Of a stretch of 64,000 bases of DNA, positions 1 through 8,942 are shown piece by piece. The translations under genes and the position numbers were made by a program. The stretch comes from an uncultured Marinoscillum sp. (lineage in GTDB: Bacteria > Bacteroidota > Bacteroidia > Cytophagales > MED-G16). Position 1 is the stretch's first letter. Each line of letters starts with the position of its first letter. Below the pieces are notes generated by a model that did no database searches, was not told the DNA's origin, and worked only from the letters and a program-made list of their open reading frames with translations. The stretch is from NCBI GenBank assembly GCA_902626505.1, contig CACOFQ010000006.1:1382-65381 (forward strand), in the 5' to 3' direction.

Positions 1-1264
1 TATCCATTAGACCATCTTCAATAAAATCAACAAAATTAGAAGAATCAAATTCTAATATGCTAATTATTTCGTACAGAGGACAATCAAAATATTCTGCTAC
101 CTCATTAAAATCAACATAATAATTACACATTATTGAATTTATAACATGTCTAATTACTTTTTCATTATGAGTCAAGGAATACCCACGATAAACAGACAAG
201 TTGTTATCCTCTATATTTCTAATATATTCCATTGTATTTTTAAAATTTTGACTGTAAGCAGAATGTAATTGAGATATTGATGATGCCCCAAATCCATAAA
301 CCTGGCCCGTTGTTTGCCTTGTGCAATATCCTTGAAAATTACGGTGCAATTTTTTTTCTTTTAAGGCAATTGCAAAATCATCTTCAGGTTTAGAATAATG
401 GTCCATACCAATGGATATATATCCTGCTTGGGTAAGTTGATCGTAAGAATTCTCATACATTGTAGCTTTACTTTCGGAAGATGGAAACCCAATATCTTCT
501 AATATCTTCTGACGTGGAAGTACAGACGGGACATGAGCATAAGAAAACGTAACAATTCTATCTGTCCCTAAATTAATTGCTTTATCTATTGTCTCTTTGA
601 AACTATCAACTGTTTGTAACGGGAGTCCATATACTAAATCTATATTAGTTCCAGAGAACCCTGTATCTTCAATTTTTTTAACAATTTCTTCTATAGGTCT
701 CTTAGAAGGTCTTCGGTTGATGGCATCCAAAACGTCTTTTCTGAAATCTTGTATTCCAATTGATATTCTATTAAAACCATAATTTTTTAAAAGATCTATA
801 TGTCTAAATTCTAGATGTGCAGGATTACACTCGATAGCCATTTCATAATTTTCAGATAAATTAAAATTATCCTTTATTTTGTTGGTGATCTTTTCAATGT
901 ACTTATAAGAAATAGCATTTGGTGTTCCGCCGCCCCAATGAATTTGAGTTAAATTTCTTCGTCTATCTATTTTAGAGGAAACAAAATCAATTTCTTTCAT
1001 AACAGCATCAACATACCTTTCTAGAAAAGGACGAGAAAAACCAGTCTCTGTAGTACAGCCACAAAAGTGACAAATTTGAGGGCAGAAAGGAACATGAACA
1101 TATACAGAAACATTTCTTGGAGATTCATGATTTGATTTCTCAACACTTTTTATGTAATCATCATTTCCATAATTCTCATTAAAAAAAGTTGCTGGAGGAT
1201 AAGAAGTATAACGAGGTCCTGATGCGTTATATTTTTTTATAAGTTCTCTATAGTTTTTTATCAT
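1..1264 (-). CDS. hemN: Oxygen-independent coproporphyrinogen III oxidase (radical SAM), 3' end truncated by window edge
   Basis: Not in the ORF track; read manually. ATG at 1264-1262 overlaps the hemE stop. MIKNYRELIKKYNASGPRYTSYPPA..., radical SAM motif YVHVPFCPQICHFCGC, HWGGGTP; last gene of the hem operon visible here. Confidence 0.92.
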   Translation of the reverse strand, partial: MIKNYRELIKKYNASGPRYTSYPPATFFNENYGNDDYIKSVEKSNHESPRNVSVYVHVPFCPQICHFCGCTTETGFSRPFLERYVDAVMKEIDFVSSKIDRRRNLTQIHWGGGTPNAISYKYIEKITNKIKDNFNLSENYEMAIECNPAHLEFRHIDLLKNYGFNRISIGIQDFRKDVLDAINRRPSKRPIEEIVKKIEDTGFSGTNIDLVYGLPLQTVDSFKETIDKAINLGTDRIVTFSYAHVPSVLPRQKILEDIGFPSSESKATMYENSYDQLTQAGYISIGMDHYSKPEDDFAIALKEKKLHRNFQGYCTRQTTGQVYGFGASSISQLHSAYSQNFKNTMEYIRNIEDNNLSVYRGYSLTHNEKVIRHVINSIMCNYYVDFNEVAEYFDCPLYEIISILEFDSSNFVDFIEDGLMD

Positions 1265-2286
1265 TAATTTCTATTCCAATTAGTTTCTTTAATCCATTGA
1301 ACAACGTATTTAACTTTTTTATAATCAATATCAGGTAAAAATCCATGACCAAGATTAAATATCCAATCATCGTTATGTTCACCAAATTTTAATAAATTAT
1401 TTAAATATATGTCAATATCATCATATGATGAATAAAACAATCTAGGATTCATATTACCTTGAATTCCTACTTTACTATCTACAATTTTTCTAGCATATTC
1501 AATAGATAAATTCCAATCAATACTAACAAAATCACAAATATCTTTATTTATATACCTTAATCCATCATTAAAGTTTTTAGGGAAAAAAATTGTTGGCACA
1601 TTTTTTTGTTTTGCTGCCTCTAAAATTTTTGTTGACAAAGGTAAAATTAATTTTTTGTATAGTTCAGATGGTATGATTCCACAATAAGTTTCAAAGAGCT
1701 GAAAACAATCAATACCTGATGAGGCTTGACCCTGTACATACTCAATAGAAGCTTCAGTTAATTTTTCTAGTAAATAAACACTCTCCTTTTTGTTCGAATA
1801 AAAAAATTTTAGTGCATTGTTAAAACTCTTATCTTTTTCATCACCCCTAAACATAAAAAGGAATGTAGTAAGTGGACCCCCACAAAACCCTATAAGTGGA
1901 GTTTTTTTATTGATTGATTTAATCTGTTTTATATTAGAATATACGTAATCTAGTTTAGTTGCATCAAATGATAACGAACTAATGTTGTTTAAAGAAATTG
2001 GATTGTGAAATTTAGGGCCATTATCGGTAAATTCTAGTTTCATTCCTATTGATTCTGGAATAATTAAGATGTCAGAGAAAAGAATTGCAGCGTCAACACC
2101 TAAATCATCTATTGGCATTAATGTAACTTGAGATGCTAACTCTTTATTTTTCATCATATCATGAAAACTATATTTTAATTTAAGCTTTTGATAAGATGGG
2201 AGTATTCTTCCCGCCTGTCTCATAAACCATACTGGTGGTCTTGTAGTTTTATTTCCTGATAAAGTATCTAAAAAGATAGAACTCAT
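1264..2286 (-). CDS. hemE: Uroporphyrinogen decarboxylase
   Basis: PVWFMRQAGR, DAAILFSDIL, IFNLGHG motifs. Confidence 0.96.
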   Translation of the reverse strand: MSSIFLDTLSGNKTTRPPVWFMRQAGRILPSYQKLKLKYSFHDMMKNKELASQVTLMPIDDLGVDAAILFSDILIIPESIGMKLEFTDNGPKFHNPISLNNISSLSFDATKLDYVYSNIKQIKSINKKTPLIGFCGGPLTTFLFMFRGDEKDKSFNNALKFFYSNKKESVYLLEKLTEASIEYVQGQASSGIDCFQLFETYCGIIPSELYKKLILPLSTKILEAAKQKNVPTIFFPKNFNDGLRYINKDICDFVSIDWNLSIEYARKIVDSKVGIQGNMNPRLFYSSYDDIDIYLNNLLKFGEHNDDWIFNLGHGFLPDIDYKKVKYVVQWIKETNWNRN

Positions 2287-2288
2287 AT

Positions 2289-3569
2289 TTATAAATTCTT
2301 TAAAGCTATTTTATTTGACTTAATTATTTTATCAATGTCTCCATCAGATAAAGCGGTTGAAAAAAAACAACACTCATATTGAGAAGGTGGTAAATATATT
2401 CCCAAGTCCAACATGTTTTTAAAATACTTAGCATACTTATCTGTATCACAATTTAATGCATCATCAAAGTTAGATACGGAATTACTTTCAGTGAAAAACA
2501 ACGTCATCATGGACCCAACCCTATTAATTACTGCTTTAGAATCAGTTTCTTTAATATTATTAATAAACCCATCATAAATCTTCGCTGAAATATTTTCAAG
2601 GGTTTTGAATGTATTTAAATTAAGTCTTTTCAATACAGAAAGCCCAGCATTCATTGCGAGTGGATTTCCTGATAATGTTCCAGCTTGATATACTGGCCCT
2701 TTTGGAGCCAAAAAATTCATAATTTTCTTATTTCCACCGTAAGCTCCTACTGGTAGTCCGCCACCAATTACTTTTCCAAGTGTAGTAATATCGGGCAAAA
2801 CATTATAGAGTTCTTGTGCGCCACCAGCTGAAACCCTAAAGCCCGTCATTACCTCATCAAAAATTAAAAGGCACTGATGTCTAACTGACATCTCCTTTAA
2901 TGACTTTAGAAAATCGTAATTTGGAGTAACTAAACCCATATTTCCTGCAATAGGCTCAACAATTATTGCCGCTACATTATCTGTGTTTTTATTTAATATT
3001 TCCTCAACCGAACTCGCATCATTAAACCTTGCAATCATTGTATCTTTTGCAATATTTTTAGTAACCCCAGGACTATCAGGCAATCCTAGTGTTAATGCTC
3101 CTGACCCTGCCTTGATTAAAAAACTATCTCCATGGCCATGATAATTCCCAGCAAACTTTATTATTATTTCTTTATTTGTGTATCCCCTTGCAAGTCTTAT
3201 AGCGCTCATAGTAGCTTCTGTTCCTGAGTTAACCATTCTGACTGATTCAATTGACGGTACCATGTCAATTATTGTTTTAGCAATTTCCGTTTCGATGAGC
3301 GTAGGGGCCCCATAGGTTGTTCCTTGCTCCGAACATAAATTAATTGCAGAAATTGTTTCACTATCAGAATGTCCAAAAATTAGTGGTCCCCATGATGACA
3401 CACAATCTATGTATTCATTTCCGTCAATATCATAAAGTTTACTACCTAAACCTTTTTCAAAAAAAATAGGATCACATTTAACACTTTTAAATGCTCTCAC
3501 TGGAGAGTTAACGCCACCAGGAATTACTTCCAGAGATTCTTTAAATGCCTGGATGCTTTTTTTATACAT
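2289..3569 (-). CDS. hemL: Glutamate-1-semialdehyde 2,1-aminomutase
   Basis: IPGGVNSPVRAF, NSGTEATM, FDEVMTGFR, GKVIGGGLPVGAYGG, YQAGTLSGNP. Confidence 0.97.
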   Translation of the reverse strand: MYKKSIQAFKESLEVIPGGVNSPVRAFKSVKCDPIFFEKGLGSKLYDIDGNEYIDCVSSWGPLIFGHSDSETISAINLCSEQGTTYGAPTLIETEIAKTIIDMVPSIESVRMVNSGTEATMSAIRLARGYTNKEIIIKFAGNYHGHGDSFLIKAGSGALTLGLPDSPGVTKNIAKDTMIARFNDASSVEEILNKNTDNVAAIIVEPIAGNMGLVTPNYDFLKSLKEMSVRHQCLLIFDEVMTGFRVSAGGAQELYNVLPDITTLGKVIGGGLPVGAYGGNKKIMNFLAPKGPVYQAGTLSGNPLAMNAGLSVLKRLNLNTFKTLENISAKIYDGFINNIKETDSKAVINRVGSMMTLFFTESNSVSNFDDALNCDTDKYAKYFKNMLDLGIYLPPSQYECCFFSTALSDGDIDKIIKSNKIALKNL

Positions 3570-4542
3570 TTTTATTTAATTTTTCTGCGATTTCTAAAGC
3601 ATGATATGAAATTATTGCACTCGCTCCAGCTCTTTTCATTGATATTAAAATTTCAAAAATAATGTCAAATCTTTCAATCCAATTATTTCCTGATGCAGCA
3701 GCTACCATTGAAAATTCGCCACTTACATTATAAGCAATGATTGGAATATTAAACTTTGCTTTAACCCTATTAATAATATCCAAATAAGACATTGCGGGTT
3801 TAATAATAACAGCATCAGCGCCTTCGTTAATATCTAGTTCAATTTCTCGCATAGCTTCAGATGAATTTTTAAAGTTCATCTGATAAGTTTTTCTGTCTCC
3901 ATGAGAAGGCGAGTTATTAGCTGCATCTCTAAATGGTCCATAAAATGCTGATGCATATTTTACACTGTACGAAAATATAGGTGTTTTTTGAAAACCATTT
4001 TTGTCTAATGATTCTCTAATATGTAATACCCTACCATCCATCATATCTGAAGGGGCTAATACATCTGCTCCCGCTTTAGCTAACGATATTGCCTGCTTAG
4101 TAAGGTTTTCTACTGTTGTATCATTATCAACGTCTCCGTCTATAATCGTGCCACAATGTCCGTGAGTTGTATACTGACAATTACAAAGGTCTGCAATCAC
4201 TAAAATTTCAGGATATTTTTTTTTTATAAATTTCAAAGCCGTTTGAATAATACCATTCGAATTATGGGAAACGTGTCCGTGTTCATCTTTTTTTTCGGGA
4301 ACACCAAATAAAATAATACTTCGTATTTTGTTAGAAATTATTTTATCAAAAATTTCTGGCAGCATATCAATGGAGAACTGAAATTGATTTGGCATTGACC
4401 TAATTTCTTTTTTTATATTTTTACCATCACAAACAAAAACAGGGTAAATCAGATCCTCAACGCGTAAATGTGTATCTTCCACCATATCACGAATTATTGA
4501 ATTGTATCTCAATCTTCTAAGTCTTACGTTAGGGTAACTCAT
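3562..4542 (-). CDS. hemB: Porphobilinogen synthase (Zn-binding Cys type)
   Basis: RLRRLR, DLCNCQYTTHGHCG, APSDMMDGR, KYASAFYGPFRDAA, IIKPAM, AYNVSGE. Confidence 0.97.
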   Translation of the reverse strand: MSYPNVRLRRLRYNSIIRDMVEDTHLRVEDLIYPVFVCDGKNIKKEIRSMPNQFQFSIDMLPEIFDKIISNKIRSIILFGVPEKKDEHGHVSHNSNGIIQTALKFIKKKYPEILVIADLCNCQYTTHGHCGTIIDGDVDNDTTVENLTKQAISLAKAGADVLAPSDMMDGRVLHIRESLDKNGFQKTPIFSYSVKYASAFYGPFRDAANNSPSHGDRKTYQMNFKNSSEAMREIELDINEGADAVIIKPAMSYLDIINRVKAKFNIPIIAYNVSGEFSMVAAASGNNWIERFDIIFEILISMKRAGASAIISYHALEIAEKLNKNV

Positions 4543-4544
4543 TG

Positions 4545-5258
4545 TTAACTTATTTTTAAATTAGAAATAATTGACTGTGAAATTCCTTCATAACTTTGCA
4601 TTTTAGAGGTAAAAAGAGGGTTAAAGCCTTTCTCTTTTATAAATGAAGAGGTAGTTTCTCCTATGCTAATAATTGATGTTTTAGATACATCATATAAATT
4701 TTGAAAGGATAGAAAGCAGGAGGGACTTGTAAACACTGTGTAGGTCTCTTTTTTATTTAATAATGATTCTAAATTTCTATTCACAATTTTTATAAGCTCT
4801 GTTTTATACGGTACAAATTTCGTTAAATAACAAATCAATTTCAGATTTTCAAACAAGTAATTTTTTGCTAAGTTCCCCTGCACTAGCATAACCTTCTTTG
4901 ATTCAAGTATTTTAATGCTTTTTAAATCATCAAATAGAATATTAGAATAGCTTCTTTTAGCAGTATAGACTGAATCAAGTTTTTGTTTTTTAAGCTCTAA
5001 AGCTGTTTTTGATCCAATACATATTGATTTCATTGATGATTTATCCTGTGATTTTATATTTTTATGATCAAAGAAATATTTTACTCCGTTTTTTGAAGTG
5101 AAAATGAAATAATCGAAGTCACTTAATAAAAATTCTAAGTCCTGACTATAAGGTAAAGTTTTAATCATGGGAAAATGAAAGGTTTTAATACCTTTTTCAT
5201 TTAACATATTGAACCCTTCGGTTTCACCGTCATTAGTCAAAATAACATTATACCCCAT
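4545..5258 (-). CDS. hemD: Uroporphyrinogen-III synthase
   Basis: FIFTSKNGV, CIGSKTA, FTSPS, SIGETT motifs; position between hemC and hemB. Confidence 0.88.
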   Translation of the reverse strand: MGYNVILTNDGETEGFNMLNEKGIKTFHFPMIKTLPYSQDLEFLLSDFDYFIFTSKNGVKYFFDHKNIKSQDKSSMKSICIGSKTALELKKQKLDSVYTAKRSYSNILFDDLKSIKILESKKVMLVQGNLAKNYLFENLKLICYLTKFVPYKTELIKIVNRNLESLLNKKETYTVFTSPSCFLSFQNLYDVSKTSIISIGETTSSFIKEKGFNPLFTSKMQSYEGISQSIISNLKIS

Positions 5259-5273
5259 AATTATTATTTATAA

Positions 5274-6194
5274 TTAACGAGTTCCAGCAAGTATATCATC
5301 TCCTCCATTATTTAAAATTTTATGAGCAAGATCAACGCCGATATTTTTATTAGAGTTATACTCCAATTCGAGTATTTTGGTTATGGCTTCATTACCATTT
5401 AAAGATAGAACGGTACCTTTTATAATTAATTTATTATTCTCTATTTTACAATACGCACCAATAGGAGACGTACAACCTCCTTTAAGAGTTTTTAAGAATA
5501 AACGTTCCTGAGAGACACAGACCCTGGTTTTCTCATGGTTTAATTGCGAAACCATTTCTTTAATTTCACCTTCATTTCTTGTTTCAACTGCAATAGCACC
5601 TTGACTAGGAGCATTAAGCATTTGATTATCATCAAAAAAATTACTAACTCTTTCTAACATATTGAGACGTTGCAATCCTGCAGCTGCCAGAACTAATCCA
5701 TCACAATAATTATTGTCCATTTTATGAATTCTAGTATCAATATTCCCCCTTATACTAATAACATTTAACGATGGGTTAAGTCGTAATATTTGAGCTTTTC
5801 GTCTATTAGACGAGGTTGCAATTACAGAATTTGGTTTTAATTTATCAAAAGGTATATTATTAGATGAAAGAAAGGAATCACGGTGATCTCCTCTTTTTAA
5901 TATAGCAGCATGAAATAAATGTGGGTTTGTATCTACAGGCAAATCCTTCAGGCTATGAACAGCTATATCAATTTCACCTTTAATTAAGCTTTCTTGTATT
6001 TCTTTTACAAAAAAACCTTTTTCAATGGATGATTCAAGGGGCTCAGTCAAGAACTTATCTCCTTTAGTAACAATTTTTTTTAATTTAAAGGTATTATCTG
6101 GAAATAGCTCTTTTAATTTATTTAGGACAAGATTGGTTTGATATAAAGCTAACTTACTGCCTCTAGTACCTAAAACAATTTCCTTACTCATCAT
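5274..6194 (-). CDS. hemC: Hydroxymethylbilane synthase (porphobilinogen deaminase)
   Basis: GTRGSKLALYQ, AVHSLKDLP, TSSNRR, IRGNIDTR, GGCTSPIG. Confidence 0.97.
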   Translation of the reverse strand: MMSKEIVLGTRGSKLALYQTNLVLNKLKELFPDNTFKLKKIVTKGDKFLTEPLESSIEKGFFVKEIQESLIKGEIDIAVHSLKDLPVDTNPHLFHAAILKRGDHRDSFLSSNNIPFDKLKPNSVIATSSNRRKAQILRLNPSLNVISIRGNIDTRIHKMDNNYCDGLVLAAAGLQRLNMLERVSNFFDDNQMLNAPSQGAIAVETRNEGEIKEMVSQLNHEKTRVCVSQERLFLKTLKGGCTSPIGAYCKIENNKLIIKGTVLSLNGNEAITKILELEYNSNKNIGVDLAHKILNNGGDDILAGTR

Positions 6195-7440
6195 TAAATA
6201 TCTTTTTAATCACCTTAAGAGCATCTTTATCTTTTCCATTATCACTCGCCAATCGAATTTTTTTGACCAGGTGATCTGACAACTTACTATATACTCTATT
6301 CATTTTAATTTTTAGACTCTCATCATCTATGTTTTCTAAGGATGATTTTAATTTCATATTATTCTGGATCAAAATTTTAATCTTATTTTTTATTGACAAA
6401 ATTGATGGTCGAAGTTGTCTAGAGTTTGACCATTCATCAAACTCAATTAAAAAACTATCTATAATTTTTTGTGACTTTGTAATTTCAGCTTTCCTTTTAT
6501 TATAATTCTGATTTACTATGTCTTTAAGGTTATCAATATTTATTAAGTCAATATTTCCAATAGTTGAAATATCGTCATCTATATTTCTTGGAACAGAGAG
6601 ATCAATAAACAGTAAATTTTTATTCATTTTAAGATCATATTTTTTTTCTATATCCTTTTTTGAAATGAGCGGCTTTTCAGAAGAGGTAGAAAACACAACT
6701 ATATCTACATCATTAATCTTACTATGCATCTGTTTATAGGGGATGGTTTTTAAACTATAGGTATCAGCAAACCTTTTACCCTTTAATTTAGTTCTATTCG
6801 TTATAATAATATCTTTAACATTTTTATTTAGAAGATGTTTTACTAGTAATTGAGATGTTTCTCCTGCTCCAACACAAAGAAAATTTGTTTTATGTAAATC
6901 ATATTTTTTTGATATCATCTCCACTGCAGCATAACTTACTGATATGGCGCCTTTTCCAATATCAGTATTAGACCTAACATATTTACCTGTTTCGAATGAT
7001 TTTTGAAACATCCTTTCCAAAATTGGTCCTAACAAATTTTTATCCTTTGCATAATAAAAAGCATCTTTAATCTGATCAACTATTTGAAACTCGCCAATTA
7101 TCATTGACTCTAAACCAGATATTAATCTAAATAAGTGTCTCGATACCTCCATAGAACCTGTCTTTGTAGCGACATATGGAGAAAGGCCTTCAGAGTATTT
7201 CTTATATTTTACTAAACATTTCATTATCAAATGAAATATCTTTTTTTCCTCACCGATATGATTTTCGTATTCGTAATAAAGTTCTGTTCTATTGCAAGTT
7301 GATAAAATCACTAATCCTTCTATTGGACATTCGGTGGATAAAAGATCAAAAAACTCCATTTTTTCACTATCCTGAAAATAAAATTTTTCTCTAACCTCAA
7401 TGGGAGAAGTTTTAAAATTTATACTAATTAGTCCTATCAA
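6184..7440 (-). CDS. hemA: Glutamyl-tRNA reductase
   Basis: STCNRTE catalytic Cys, SGLESMIIGEFQI, VGAGET, DLSVPRNI; TTG start. Confidence 0.96.
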   Translation of the reverse strand: MIGLISINFKTSPIEVREKFYFQDSEKMEFFDLLSTECPIEGLVILSTCNRTELYYEYENHIGEEKKIFHLIMKCLVKYKKYSEGLSPYVATKTGSMEVSRHLFRLISGLESMIIGEFQIVDQIKDAFYYAKDKNLLGPILERMFQKSFETGKYVRSNTDIGKGAISVSYAAVEMISKKYDLHKTNFLCVGAGETSQLLVKHLLNKNVKDIIITNRTKLKGKRFADTYSLKTIPYKQMHSKINDVDIVVFSTSSEKPLISKKDIEKKYDLKMNKNLLFIDLSVPRNIDDDISTIGNIDLINIDNLKDIVNQNYNKRKAEITKSQKIIDSFLIEFDEWSNSRQLRPSILSIKNKIKILIQNNMKLKSSLENIDDESLKIKMNRVYSKLSDHLVKKIRLASDNGKDKDALKVIKKIFNDE

Positions 7441-7454
7441 ACCTTAATTTTTTG

Positions 7455-7462
7455 CAAAGCTA
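7455..7462 (-). promoter_or_regulatory. Bacteroidota sigmaA -7 element (TAGCTTTG) for the hem operon
   Basis: Matches TAnnTTTG, 15 nt upstream of the hemA start. Confidence 0.6.
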
Positions 7463-7527
7463 AATCTAAAATTCTTGATGGGATAATAATTAATTGAGAA
7501 TTTTAAATAAGGAAATAATTAAAATTT

Positions 7528-7546
7528 GTTTAGAATAAATCTAAAC
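7528..7546. promoter_or_regulatory. Putative Fur box 1 (GTTTAGAATAAATCTAAAC)
   Basis: Perfect 7-5-7 inverted repeat in the divergent hemA / iron-uptake intergenic region; motif recurs upstream of other iron genes. Confidence 0.75.
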
Positions 7547-7591
7547 TAAAAAATATTATCCCCGTTAAGTAAAGAATAATTATGAATGTTT

Positions 7592-7610
7592 ATTTGGAAT
7601 TATTCTAAAT
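7592..7610. promoter_or_regulatory. Putative Fur box 2 (ATTTGGAATTATTCTAAAT)
   Basis: One mismatch from ATTTAGAATTATTCTAAAT; just upstream of a TATAATTG -7-like element of the DUF4856-like gene. Confidence 0.78.
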
Positions 7611-7654
7611 AGAAAATATAATTGCAGAATTATTTAATAAAAAACAATAATATA

Positions 7655-8809
7655 ATGAAAAATTTAAAACAGATATTGGTAATGTTTCTTGGTATTTTCT
7701 TATTTGCATGCGAAGACGATACTGAAGAAGTAGTAGAGGTAGTAGTTACTCCCCCTGCAACATATGCCTTTGAAAGAAATGGACAGAGCACTGTCTCATT
7801 TAGTGGCCAGTCAGCAAGACTTGAAATGGCAGCTGAATTGGGAACATGGCTAAATACGCCAATTAAGACAGCTGCAGATTTAGACGCGATGTTTAATGAT
7901 GGAACAGGATTTGGTAATCCTGCATTAGCTGCATCTGGTAAAAAGCTTGGAAATAAAACTGCTTCAAGTTCGATAGCATCTTCAACAGTAAAGCCTCAAT
8001 TTGACGCACTAATTGTAGATGTTACAACTAATGTTTTTCCTAATGTTGCAAACGATGCATCAGCCGGAACTCCTGGAACCTATACGGATGCCGGAGGAGG
8101 AAGGACTGTTATCATTAATGGGAAAGGACACGAAATCAATCAATTATTTATTAAAGGGTTAATGGGAGCTTTAGTATGTGATCAGATTATTTGGGGTTAC
8201 CTTTCTAAAGGAAAGCTTGACGGAGGGACAAATGTAGCAGATAATGACGCGGGAACTTTAGTAGATGGCAAAACATATACTCAAATGGAGCACTATTGGG
8301 ATGAAGGTTTTGGTTACTTATATGGACTAGACACTGACCTCACTACTGCTGAAGTTGAAAAAGGTTCATCTGGCGGAGATGTTCTTGTTAGTAAATACAT
8401 GAATAAGGTTAATACATCAAGCTTACCAGGTATTTCTCAAGAAATCTATGATGCATTTAAGCACGGAAGAGCAGCGATTGTTGCTGGGGCTTATGATGTA
8501 AGAGATGAACAAGCCGATATTGTGACTACTAAGTTATCACATATCATTGGCAGAAAGGCTGCTGATTATTTAAAAAGCGGTGCTGATAAAATAGATGCAG
8601 GAACTTGGGCTGATGCTCACCATGCATTATCAGAAGGATGGGGATTTATTCTTAGCCTTCAATTTACTAAAGACCCAAATACTGGATCACCTTACTATTC
8701 TAACTCTGAAGTTAATAGCATGTTATCTCAAATCGATGATTTCTGGACAGTTGCTCCAGCAGATCTTAGAAGTATGGCATCAAGTATTGAGTCAAAATTT
8801 GGATTTTAA
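7655..8809 (+). CDS. DUF4856-like iron-regulated surface lipoprotein
   Basis: Start moved to ATG 7655 (MKNLKQILVMFLGIFLFAC lipobox); TYAFERNGQSTVSFSGQSAR, MEHYWDEGFGY and HHALSEGWGF motifs as I recall them for this family. Confidence 0.75.
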   Translation: MKNLKQILVMFLGIFLFACEDDTEEVVEVVVTPPATYAFERNGQSTVSFSGQSARLEMAAELGTWLNTPIKTAADLDAMFNDGTGFGNPALAASGKKLGNKTASSSIASSTVKPQFDALIVDVTTNVFPNVANDASAGTPGTYTDAGGGRTVIINGKGHEINQLFIKGLMGALVCDQIIWGYLSKGKLDGGTNVADNDAGTLVDGKTYTQMEHYWDEGFGYLYGLDTDLTTAEVEKGSSGGDVLVSKYMNKVNTSSLPGISQEIYDAFKHGRAAIVAGAYDVRDEQADIVTTKLSHIIGRKAADYLKSGADKIDAGTWADAHHALSEGWGFILSLQFTKDPNTGSPYYSNSEVNSMLSQIDDFWTVAPADLRSMASSIESKFGF

Positions 8810-8869
8810 TGTCATTATTCTAAACATAGTTTAATATTTAGATTTTCAGTTTAATGTCAAAATTATCCT

Positions 8870-8901
8870 AACCAGTGTTGTAATTCAACACTGGTTTTTT
8901 T
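8870..8901 (+). terminator. Intrinsic terminator / 3' stabilising hairpin
   Basis: AACCAGTGTTG-TAATT-CAACACTGGTT 11-bp stem followed by a T run. Confidence 0.85.
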
Positions 8902-8942
8902 AGTTTCGTTCTAATTCATAATAATTATAAATAATAAAAAAA

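Noticed and set aside
597-782. 61-aa plus-strand ORF
   Set aside because: Antisense shadow of hemN; the same applies to the other short track ORFs nested in long genes (e.g. 6518, 21430, 30151, 40490, 55921)
7622-7654. N-terminal extension of the DUF4856-like ORF from TTG 7622
   Set aside because: Overlaps the likely -7 promoter element; ATG 7655 gives a normal lipoprotein signal
8807-8825. Possible fifth Fur box TAATGTCATTATTCTAAAC
   Set aside because: Only the right half matches, and it lies upstream of the terminator; too weak in AT-rich DNA
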